Positions 1 through 8,233 of a stretch of 64,000 bases of DNA are shown here, in pieces. Both the position numbers and the translations under genes were made by a program. The stretch covers positions 132,075 through 196,074 of the forward strand of contig CAWBEG010000001.1 of NCBI GenBank assembly GCA_963787755.1, written 5' to 3'. Source of the stretch: Vicinamibacterales bacterium (lineage in GTDB: Bacteria; Acidobacteriota; Vicinamibacteria; Vicinamibacterales; JAMQPK01). The number at the start of each line of letters is the position of its first letter. Within the stretch, counting starts at the first letter, position 1. Under the pieces are notes generated by a model that saw only the letters and a program-made list of their open reading frames with translations, had not been told where the DNA came from and did not search any database.

Positions 1-286
1 AAACCCGCCAGCGCATTCAGGTCGGCGCAGGAGACATCTGCAGTGATCGCATCGAGTGCCGGGAACTCACCCTTCACTCGACGGCCCTGAGCCGCGAGTG
101 ATTTGCGCAGCGCTTCGCGCGCGCCAGGCTTCGTGCGGATAATGACGGACTTGGTGTCGCTGCAACCGCGCGCGATCGATCCACGAAGCGAATCGTCGAG
201 CTTCGAGTGCCCGCTGCTCCGCAGCAGCTGGCACTCCGAACGTTGCGACAAGGGCGAATGCGGTCAGGATACGTGCTGGATCTCAT
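1..286 (-). CDS. Secreted subtilisin-like (S8) protease, N-terminal signal peptide plus I9-type propeptide; partial, continues beyond window start; frame breaks
   Basis: My minus-strand translation gives MRSST/ILTAFALVATFGVPAAAEQ (signal peptide), then LDDSLRGSIARGCSDTKSVIIRTKPGAREALRKSLAAQGRRVKGEFPALDAITADVSCADLNALAG (propeptide-like). The pieces sit in three frames and are not in the ORF track because there is no Met. Confidence 0.4.
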
Positions 287-651
287 GTCGCCCGCGATTG
301 GAGCAAGTTTGCGACCACAAGAGACGTATTTGATTAAGTTGCTGATAATCAGGAGTTACAGGTGCAGAGGTGAGATCCGTGGGCCGGTGCAGCTGTGCCA
401 CTCTTACACACGACGACCCGGTAACCGTGTGAATATTTGTATATAACTTGCGTGAACGCAGTGTCTTACGGGTTTCCTGTTCCGGTATGGAACAATTGAA
501 CACAGTTTCTGGCCGATTCCGGCACACGGAAATACATATCGGTTAGCGCCAGCGAAGGCGCGTGTGGGATTGCTGCGTGCGACCTTCGCAAGTAGAATCA
601 GTGGCCGTCGCAACGCTCTCATCGCTTGGCGGACACTCTGGAGGAAAGACG

Positions 652-978
652 ATGCCTTTCGTGATTACGGATCCCTGTATTGAAACAAAAGACACGGCGT
701 GCGTGGACGTTTGTCCCGTCGACTGCATTCATCCGCGCAAGGACGAGCCGGAATTCGCGGCGATGAACATGCTCTACATTCATCCGGAAGAGTGCATCGA
801 CTGTGGTGCGTGCGTGCCGGCGTGCCCTGTCGCGGCGATTTACGACAGCCACGATTCGACTCCCGCGAGCCAGAAAGATCTGATCGAAGCCAACACCATC
901 TATCGCAACGGCGACGCCGATGCGATGGCGCGCGCCGAAGCGATCGTGCGGCGCACGTCGCCGCGCATCCTGAGCTGA
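652..978 (+). CDS. fdxA: 7Fe ferredoxin (3Fe-4S plus 4Fe-4S, FdxA type)
   Basis: MPFVITDPCIETKDTACVDVCPVDCIHP...CIDCGACVPACPVAAIY cysteine motifs. GGAGG RBS at 640-644 before the ATG at 652, inside ORF 562..978. Confidence 0.9.
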   Translation: MPFVITDPCIETKDTACVDVCPVDCIHPRKDEPEFAAMNMLYIHPEECIDCGACVPACPVAAIYDSHDSTPASQKDLIEANTIYRNGDADAMARAEAIVRRTSPRILS

Positions 979-1018
979 TGGCGATTCCCGGGAAAGAGCG
1001 CGCGGCCGCGCACTCGTA

Positions 1019-1123
1019 GGATTCTGAGATCTGGAATCTAGAATCTAGAATCTGGAATCTTCATCTGGATTCTGCATTTCAGATTCTAGATTCCAGATTC
1101 TAGATTCCAGATTCCGATTTCGG
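1019..1123. repeat. Long imperfect hairpin built from tandem heptamers (GGAATCT/AGAATCT arm versus AGATTCT/AGATTCC arm)
   Basis: About 8 tandem [AG]GAATCT units are followed by about 5 tandem AGATTC[CT] units (the reverse complement). It lies between the ferredoxin stop and tRNA-His. Confidence 0.85.
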
Positions 1124-1177
1124 CATCACCCACCCTCTGCAGTTCTCTGTTGTACAATCAGGGATTGGCGACTGTAT

Positions 1178-1253
1178 GGTGAGTGTAGCTCAGTGGTAGA
1201 GCACCGGCCTGTGGCGCCGGTAGTCGCGGGTTCGATCCCCGTCACTCACCCCA
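1178..1253 (+). tRNA. tRNA-His (anticodon GTG) with the extra G at position -1 and encoded CCA
   Basis: Cloverleaf read by eye: G-1, acceptor GTGAGTG/CACTCAC, anticodon loop CTGTGGC, T-loop TTCGATC. Confidence 0.9.
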
Positions 1254-1350
1254 GCCTTCGCTCTTTCGAGTTCCCATCGAGCTTCGGCTAGGCAGGCGAG
1301 TCAGTTTCGGACTGCACGCAAGGCTGGTCTCGCCGTAGCGCGAAGGCGGA

Positions 1351-2698
1351 CTAGATCTTCAGCGTCGCCCCTTCCCTCTTCGCCACGTACACCGCCGCCG
1401 CAAGATCGCCCACGACGTTCACGACCGTCCGGCACATATCCAGCAGACGATCGACGCCGAGAATGATCGCGATGAGCGCGGGGTTGATGCCGATCGTGAC
1501 GAGCACGGCGACGACGAACGGAGTCGACCCCGACGGCACGCCGGCCGTGCCGACGCTGCCGAGCACGGCGAGGTAGACAATCATCAACTGTTGCGCGAGC
1601 GTCAGGTCCACGCCCGCCAGCTGCGCGAGAAACAGCACCGTCACGCCTTCATAGAGCGCCGTGCCGTTCTGGTTTGCCGTTGCGCCGACCGTCAGCACGA
1701 ATGCGCCGATCTCGCGCGGCACGCCGAGATTCAGCTCGGACACGCGCAGCGCGGTCGGAAGCGTCGCGTTCGACGAGCTCGTCGAAAACGCCGTCAGCAT
1801 GACGGTGCGCACGCGCTTGAAGAATTCCACCGGCGAGACGCGCGCGGCCAGCTTGAGCGCAATGGGATACACGACGAACGTGTGGATCGCGAGCCCCGCG
1901 AGCACGGTCATCACGTACCAGCCCAGGCTGATGAGAAATCCGAACCCGAATCGCGCCGTCATCGTGAACAGCAGGCAGGCGACCCCGATCGGCGCGACCT
2001 TCATGACGATGTCGATGACCTTCGCGATGACTTTGAACACGCCGTCGAGCAGCGCCATCACCGGCGCGGCGCTCTCGCGCGACACGAGCGTCAGCGCCGC
2101 GCCGAACACGATCGAGAAGAACATGATGCCGATCATGTCGGGCGTCGATCGCGCCATCGATTCGAGCGGATTCGCCGGCACGAGCGTGCGTGCGAACGAC
2201 ATGAGCGGCGATTCGTTTGCCGGCGCCGGCGGCCGCCTGCGTCGACGCATCGGCGTACTGCGCCATCAGCAGATCGCGCGTCACCGGATCGAGCCGCATG
2301 CCGGGCCGCACGGTGTTCGCGAGCAGGATGCCGAGCCCGACCGACACGATCGAGATGACCAGGCAGAAGCCGACGGTCCGCACGCCCACTCGCCCGAGGC
2401 GCCGCACGTCGCCGATGCCCGCGACGCCGACGATCAGCGAGGAGACGACGAGCGGGACGACCGTCATCAGCAGCGAGCGCAGGAACAGCTGACCGACCGG
2501 CTCGGCTATATGCCTGACGACCCACGCCACCACCGGCGCATCGGGGCCGAGCATCGCGCGCGCGGCGCTGCCGAGCGTGGCGCCGACGACCAGTCCGAGC
2601 AGGATGCGGACGTGCAGCGGTATTCTGCGCCGCGCCTCGGCGCGATCGTCGGTGTGCTCGTCGAGATCGGAGACAACTTCACGTTCAAATGGTTCCAT
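1351..2698 (-). CDS. Dicarboxylate/amino acid:cation symporter (DAACS family, GltP/GltT-like); one frame break near 2215-2250
   Basis: N-terminal half in ORF 1649..2698 (LHVRILLGLVVGATLG...). C-terminal half in ORF 1351..2250 (AFSTSSSNATLP, GATANQNGTALYEG, GVPSGS, VGDLAAAV), typical of this family. Confidence 0.85.
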
Positions 2699-2738
2699 AT
2701 TGGCGCGCCGCTTCTATTCCGCTGGCGGGCGGAATAAT

Positions 2739-2966
2739 ATGTCAGCGAAGCATGGACGACATCAACGATCGCCGCAACCCGAATCAGCACGACCGCCGCG
2801 CGGTGCCTCGCGGCGGGCCGGCGCACGAGCGATCTGCCGCATCCGCTTGACCTGTCCAAGCTGCGGAAGAATTCAGGAGGTGCAGGGGCTCGCGAACAGC
2901 CGCGTCGTCCGGTGGTGCCATTGCCGCGCCTGCGGCGAAGTGTGGCCTTGGTCGGTGGATCTCTAA
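2739..2966 (+). CDS. Small zinc-ribbon protein (CxxC...RW-x-CxxCxxW)
   Basis: Internal ATG of ORF 2577..2966: MSAKHG...TCPSCGRIQEVQGLANSRVVRWCHCRACGEVWPW. Two look-alike small proteins occur at 19982-20280 and 31440-31703. Confidence 0.45.
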   Translation: MSAKHGRHQRSPQPESARPPRGASRRAGARAICRIRLTCPSCGRIQEVQGLANSRVVRWCHCRACGEVWPWSVDL

Positions 2967-2967
2967 C

Positions 2968-3052
2968 TAGGTGGTAGGTGGTAGGTGGTAGGTGGTAGGT
3001 GGTAGCAATAAAGCGTTCTTCCTACCAGCTACCGCCTACCGCCTACCACCTA
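2968..3052. repeat. Heptamer-built hairpin (5x TAGGTGG versus CCTACC[AG] units)
   Basis: Left arm TAGGTGG x5 (2968-3005), a 15-nt loop, then right arm CCTACCA GCTACCG CCTACCG CCTACCA. It ends 6 nt before the AAGGAG RBS of the next gene. Confidence 0.9.
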
Positions 3053-3066
3053 AATAAAAGGAGCAT

Positions 3067-3957
3067 ATGAGCGAAACGCGTATTGGTTGGGTTGGGACCG
3101 GCGTCATGGGCCTGTCGATGTGCGGCCATCTGATGGCCAAGGGCTACCCGACCACGATTTACAGCCGCACCAAGTCGCGGGCGCAGAGCCTGCTCGACAA
3201 GGGCGCGGCGTGGGCCGACACGCCTGGCGCCGTCGCCGAGCGATCCGACATCATCTTCACGATCGTCGGACTGCCGAGCGATGTGCGCGAGGTCTATCAG
3301 AAAGCAAGGGCGGAATTCTCGACAACGTCACGAAAGGCAGCGTCATCGTCGACATGACGACCACCGAGCCGAGCCTCGCGCGCGAGATTTACGAGGCGGC
3401 GAAGGCGAAGGGGGCGTCCGCCGTCGATGCGCCGGTCTCAGGCGGCGATGTCGGCGCAAGAAACGCGACGCTCTCGATCATGGTCGGCGGCGACAAGGAC
3501 GCGGTCGATCGCGTCATGCCGCTCTTCCAGGCGATGGGCAAGAACATCGTGCATCAGGGCGGCGCCGGCAACGGGCAGCACACGAAGATGTGCAATCAGA
3601 TCGTGCTCGCCGGCACGATCATCGGCGTGTGCGAAAGCCTGCTCTATGGCTACAAAGCGGGGCTCGATCTCGAGACGATGCTCAGCTCGGTCAGCAAGGG
3701 CGCCGCGCAGTGCTGGATCCTCGACAACCTCGCGCCGAAGATGGTGAACCGGAATTTCGATCCGGGATTCTTCGTGGAGCACTTCGAGAAGGATCTCGGT
3801 ATCGCGCTCGAGGAAAGCCGCGCGGATGGGGATCTCGATGCCCGGCCTGGCGCTGGTCCGGCAGTTCTATGTGGCGCTCAAGTCTCAAGGCCACGGCCGG
3901 CTCGGATATCACTCGCTGCTGCTCGCGCTGGAGCAGCTGTCGAACGTAAAGCGGTAA
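3067..3957 (+). CDS. NAD-binding 3-hydroxyisobutyrate dehydrogenase-family oxidoreductase (MmsB/GarR-like); frame breaks near 3300 and 3835
   Basis: [17 protein letters not shown] Rossmann start (ORF 3067..3357). Middle part in ORF 3087..4070 ([24 protein letters not shown]). The C-terminus [34 protein letters not shown] is in a third frame. Confidence 0.8.
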
Positions 3958-4005
3958 CGAACGGTAGCGCAGCGGTCTGTAGCGCGGTCGCGCTCAGCCC
4001 TGCCC

Positions 4006-4326
4006 TCACGACGTCCGCCGCTCTCCCGATCTGCGCTCGCGGCCGGTTCGGCGTTCCGGACCAGCTGTGAGCGGCCGCGCTGCTTGCGCCGATCGGCGAT
4101 TGCGCCGGCGCTCGCGCTTGCGCTGCTCGCGGCCGCTCCGCGCGCCGGCGGTCGCCGCCTGCGCCGCTTCCCGCTGCAGCCGAATCGTGCGGCGGCTCGG
4201 CTCGAGAACTTCCATCAAGCCCTGGGCGAGCACCTGTGCCTGCGGATTCTGCCCCACGCGGCCGATGTCCTTCAGATAATTCAGCGCTGCGAGAATGTTC
4301 GCCCGTTGCCACGGCGTCAGGGTCAT
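4006..4326 (-). CDS. Hypothetical small protein with Arg-rich C-terminal tail
   Basis: ORF 4006..4326 has a non-repetitive N-terminal 45 aa ([33 protein letters not shown]...). No recognisable domain. Confidence 0.3.
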   Translation of the reverse strand: MTLTPWQRANILAALNYLKDIGRVGQNPQAQVLAQGLMEVLEPSRRTIRLQREAAQAATAGARSGREQRKRERRRNRRSAQAARPLTAGPERRTGRERRSGERRTS

Positions 4327-4358
4327 ACCCGCTTATATCGGCTCTTTTTGGGATAGGC

Positions 4359-5102
4359 TTGAACTTCGAGGCGAACCACACGTGGCAGACTCCCAAAACA
4401 CGCGAGATTGTCGAGCGCCGGCAGCGATACATCGAGCGGCAGCGCGAGCTGCGCCCCGATACCGTCAACGTCCGGTTTCAGGGAGCAAAACCCGAGGGCT
4501 CGGGCCCCGGCAACCGCCACGGCATGCCGGCCGTGCCCGTCGGCCAGCACCTGGTGAAGAACTGGCCGGTGCTCGACCTCGGCGAGCAACCGGACATTCC
4601 TCTCGAGAAGTGGAAGCTCGAGATCGGCGGCCTCGTGGAGAACCCGGTGACGCTCGACTGGGCGCAGTTCATGGCGCTGCCGCAGGCCGAAGACGTCAGC
4701 GACTTTCACTGCGTCACGACGTGGAGCCGTCTCGACAATCATTGGAAAGGAGTCCGCTTCCGCACGATTGCCGAGCTGGTGGTTCCCAAGGACGATGCGA
4801 GGCACATTCTCTGCACCGGCTACGATTTTCTGCCCGGCAGCTTCATTCCCTACACGGTCAACGTTCCGCTCGCGCGCGCCATCGAAGATGACGTGCTGCT
4901 CGTCCACACGTGGGAAGGCAAGCCGCTGCCTCGCGAGCACGGCGGGCCGGTGCGCATGATCACGCCGAAGCTCTACGCGTGGAAGGGCGCGAAATGGATC
5001 AGGAAGATCGAGTTCCTCGCCGAAGACAAGAAGGGATTCTGGGAAGAGCGCGGCTATTCGAACACCGCTGAGCCCTGGTTCAACGATCGCTACAGCTACT
5101 AG
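4359..5102 (+). CDS. Sulfite-oxidase-family molybdopterin-dependent oxidoreductase
   Basis: ORF 4236..5102 contains DFHCVTTWS, LLVHTWEGKPLPREHGGPVRMITP, YAWKGAKWIRKIEF and KGFWEERGY. Start placed at the in-frame TTG at 4359 (uncertain). Confidence 0.8.
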   Translation: MNFEANHTWQTPKTREIVERRQRYIERQRELRPDTVNVRFQGAKPEGSGPGNRHGMPAVPVGQHLVKNWPVLDLGEQPDIPLEKWKLEIGGLVENPVTLDWAQFMALPQAEDVSDFHCVTTWSRLDNHWKGVRFRTIAELVVPKDDARHILCTGYDFLPGSFIPYTVNVPLARAIEDDVLLVHTWEGKPLPREHGGPVRMITPKLYAWKGAKWIRKIEFLAEDKKGFWEERGYSNTAEPWFNDRYSY

Positions 5103-5105
5103 CGC

Positions 5106-7177
5106 ATGCCCGCCGTCGCGCGCACTTCGCAAACCGCTATGGCGGGCAGGCCGTCACAATGGCGCGGCGACATGCAGTCGGTGCGTCCGATGCTCGCCAC
5201 GCTCGAAGACGCGCCGCTCCAATCAGACGGGCTGGTCTACGAGCCGAAGTACGACGGCATTCGCGCGCTCGTCGAAATCGATCCGGGCCGCCGCGCGCCC
5301 GTGCGGATGTGGTCGCGCCTCGGCAACGAGAAAACCGCGCAATTTCCCGATCTCGTCGCCGCTCTCACCCGCTATGCGAAAACGCTGAAAGGGCCGGTCG
5401 TGCTCGACGGCGAGATCGTCGCGCTCGACGACAAGGGCGAGCCTGCAGGTTTTCAGCGGCTGCAGAACCGCATCCACCTGACCGAATCCAACAGCCGGTC
5501 GGCCGCCGGACGCGTCGCGTTCATCGCGTTCGACATCCTGCGCGATCGCGACGAGGATCTGCGGCCGCTGCCGCTCACGGAGCGGCGGGCGCGGCTCGAA
5601 CGCGTCTTTCGCAATCCGGGCTCTCCCATCCTGCGAACGAGCGACGTGGTCGCGGGCGACGCGCGTGAGCTCTTTCAGCATGCGCTCGATCACGGGTGGG
5701 AAGGCCTGATCGCCAAGGACGCGCGCTCGCTGTATCACACCGGCAAACGCACGCGCGACTGGCGAAAGCTGAAGATCGTCCAGGAGCAGGAGTTCGTCGT
5801 CGGCGGCTGGACCGACTCGCGCACCACCGGCCGGCCGTTCGGCGCGCTGCTGCTCGGCTATTACGAAGACGGCGGCTTGAACTATGCCGGCCACACCGGG
5901 AGCGGATTCAATCATGCGCGAGCTCGAGCGCGTGATCCGTCTGCTGCGACCGCTCGAGATCGCGGCGTCGCCGTTCACGACGCGGCCGCGACCAACGAGC
6001 GGCCGCATTGGACGAAGCCGTCGCTCGTGGCCCAACTCAAATTCACGGAGTGGACCGACGACGGGCTGCTCCGCCATCCGATTTATCTCGGCATGAGGGA
6101 CGATGTGAAACCGGAGACCGTGCGACGGGAAAGGAAGAGTCGAGTGCGAGAGGTGCAACGAGGTGCGAGAGAGTGCGAAGAGTCGGAGTCGCGAAGAGTC
6201 GGACAGAGTCGTAGTGCCGACCTTCAGGTCGGCCGACAATCTTCAGTCCATCCTCGACCAGCTCGACGAGATCGAGCGCGGGCCGAACTCGGGCACGCTG
6301 CGGTTGCCCGACGGGCGAGACGCTCGAGGTCAGCAACCTGCGCAAGGTGTTCTGGCCGAAGCTGAAGATTACCAAGGGCGATCTGATGCGCTACTACGTG
6401 CGCGTCGCGCCTTATATTCTGCCTGTCGTCGACGGCCGCCCGCTCATCATGAAGCGCTTTCCGAACGGCATCGACGGCCGAGCCGTTCTATCAGCACAAA
6501 GCGCCCGAGAAAGTTCCGCCAGGCGTTCGTGTCGCGAAGGTTCCCGGGGACAGCGTCGCGAGCCGTCCGATTGGGGGCAATCTCATCACGCTGCTCTACA
6601 TGACCCAGCTCGCCGCCATCTCGCAGGACCCCTGGTTCTCGCGCGTCGAGTCGCCGCACACGCCGATCAATGCGCGATCGATCTCGATCCGATGCCCGGG
6701 GTGAAGTTTTCGGCGGTGCTCGACGTCGCCCGCTGGGTCCGCGACGAGCTCGAGAAATTGAAGGTCACCGGCTACGCGAAGACGTCGGGCTCGAGCGGCC
6801 TGCACATCTTCATTCCGCTTCGCGCCGGTACCCCGTACGACGCCGGCCAGATCTTCTGTCAGATCGTCGGAACGGTCGTCGCCGAGAAGCACCCCAAGAT
6901 CGCCACCGTGACGCGCGCCGTACGCGCCCGCGGCCAGAAGGTGTATGTGGATTACCTGCAGAACATCGAGGGTAAGTCGCTCGCGTGTGCCTACAGCGCG
7001 CGCGCCAGCGAGTTCGCCGGCGCGTCGACGCCGCTGACGTGGAAGGAAATCGATGAAGGCGTCGATCCGCGCGACTTCACGATACGCACGCTGCCCGATC
7101 GCCTGGCCAAGGTCGGCGATCTGTGGGCGCCGCTCCTACAGTCGAACGGGGTGGATTTGCGAAAAATCCTGAAGTAG
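5106..7177 (+). CDS. ligD: ATP-dependent DNA ligase LigD, ligase domain plus polymerase/primase domain; at least 5 frame breaks
   Basis: Ligase motif I EPKYDGIRAL, then WEGLIAKD and EWTDDGLLRHPIYLGMRDD (ORF 5106..6365, patch 5884..6096). Pol domain LEVSNLRKVFWPKLKITKGDLMRYY ... KTSGSSGLHIFIPL ... KVYVDYLQN (ORFs 6163.., 6347..7177). Confidence 0.85.
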
Positions 7178-7203
7178 TCCTATAGTCGCGGCGGAGGAAA
7201 CGT

Positions 7204-8131
7204 ATGAACAAAGCCCTCGTCGCCGCCTCGGCTGTCGTCTTCTGCGTGGCGCTGGCCACGGCCCAGGCGCCGCAGCCGCCACCAGTCACCCCGATGAAGT
7301 TCGCCTACTATCCTGCGACCGATCTCAAGGCGCTCGCAAACACGCTGAAGGGCGGCGGTCAGATAAAATTCCCCCGCCTGCATCGCGGCGATCACGACTT
7401 CCAGGGCATGAGCTTTCGCGCGAAAAGCGCCGGCGGGCCCGAAATGCACAACAACTGGGCCGACCTCTACTACATCCTCGACGGCGAAGTGCTGCATCAC
7501 ACCGGCGGGACGCTCGAGGGCGGAACCGAGCGCAATCCGGGCTCTGGTGAGTTTGGCGGCGGAAAGATCGCCGGCGCCAAGGTCGTGCGCCTCGCCGCCG
7601 GGGACATCGCGTCTTCCGCCGCAGGCGTTCCCCATTTCTGGGAAGTCGAACCTGGCAAGACCGTGACTTACATGACGGTCAAGATTCTGAAGCAGCCGAA
7701 TCTTCACACCGCGACCGCAACGCCCACACAGTTCGTCCACTACAAGGCCGCCGACCTCAAGAGCTTCGTCGACACGCTGAAGCGCGGCGAAACCATCAAG
7801 TTCCCGTCGGTGCATCGCGGCGATCATCAATTCCAGAACATCAGCCACCGCGCGAAGAGCTCGGCCTGGCGCGGAACTGCACAAGAACTGGGCCGACCTG
7901 TACTACGTCCTCGACGGCGAAGTCACGATCCGCTACGGCGATCGCCTCGAGGGTGGCAAGGAAGGCGCTGACGGCGAAGTGCGCGGCGGCGAGATCGTGG
8001 GCAACGTGACGCGGCAGAAGCTCGTCGCCGGCGACGTGGCATCAGCGCCCGCGGGGGTTCCGCATTTCTGGGAAGTCGAGAATGGAAAGTCGGTGACCTA
8101 TCTGACCGTGAAGCTGGGCAAAAAGCACTGA
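7204..8131 (+). CDS. Secreted tandem-cupin protein (two internal repeats); frame break near 7865
   Basis: Signal peptide MNKALVAASAVVFCVALATAQA. The block FP.(L/V)HRGDH.FQ...RAKS...H.NWADLYY(I/V)LDGE...GVPHFWEVE...TY(M/L)TVK occurs twice; the second copy continues in another frame to a stop at 8129-8131. Confidence 0.6.
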
Positions 8132-8143
8132 CCGCTTTACAGC

Positions 8144-8222
8144 CATTGGAAGATTGGCGGATTGGCAGATTGGCAGATTCCGGAAGTCTTCGCCAATCTT
8201 CCAACCGTCCAATCTACCAATG
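8144..8222. repeat. Octamer-built hairpin (AAGATTGG CGGATTGG CAGATTGG CAGATTCC versus CCAATCTT CCAACCGT CCAATCTA CCAATG)
   Basis: Sits between two convergent stop codons (8131 and 8234). Confidence 0.85.
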
Positions 8223-8233
8223 CGTGATTCCCC

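Noticed and set aside
1591-2737. Long plus-strand ORFs (1591..2358, 1661..2737) opposite the symporter. Similar antisense ORFs occur elsewhere: 19204..20445, 20588..21856, 46788..47654, 52576..53208, 5223..6239 and 7180..7884.
   Set aside because: These are Arg/Ala/His-rich translations with no motifs, lying exactly antisense to genes with strong family signatures. They are typical shadow ORFs of high-G+C DNA.
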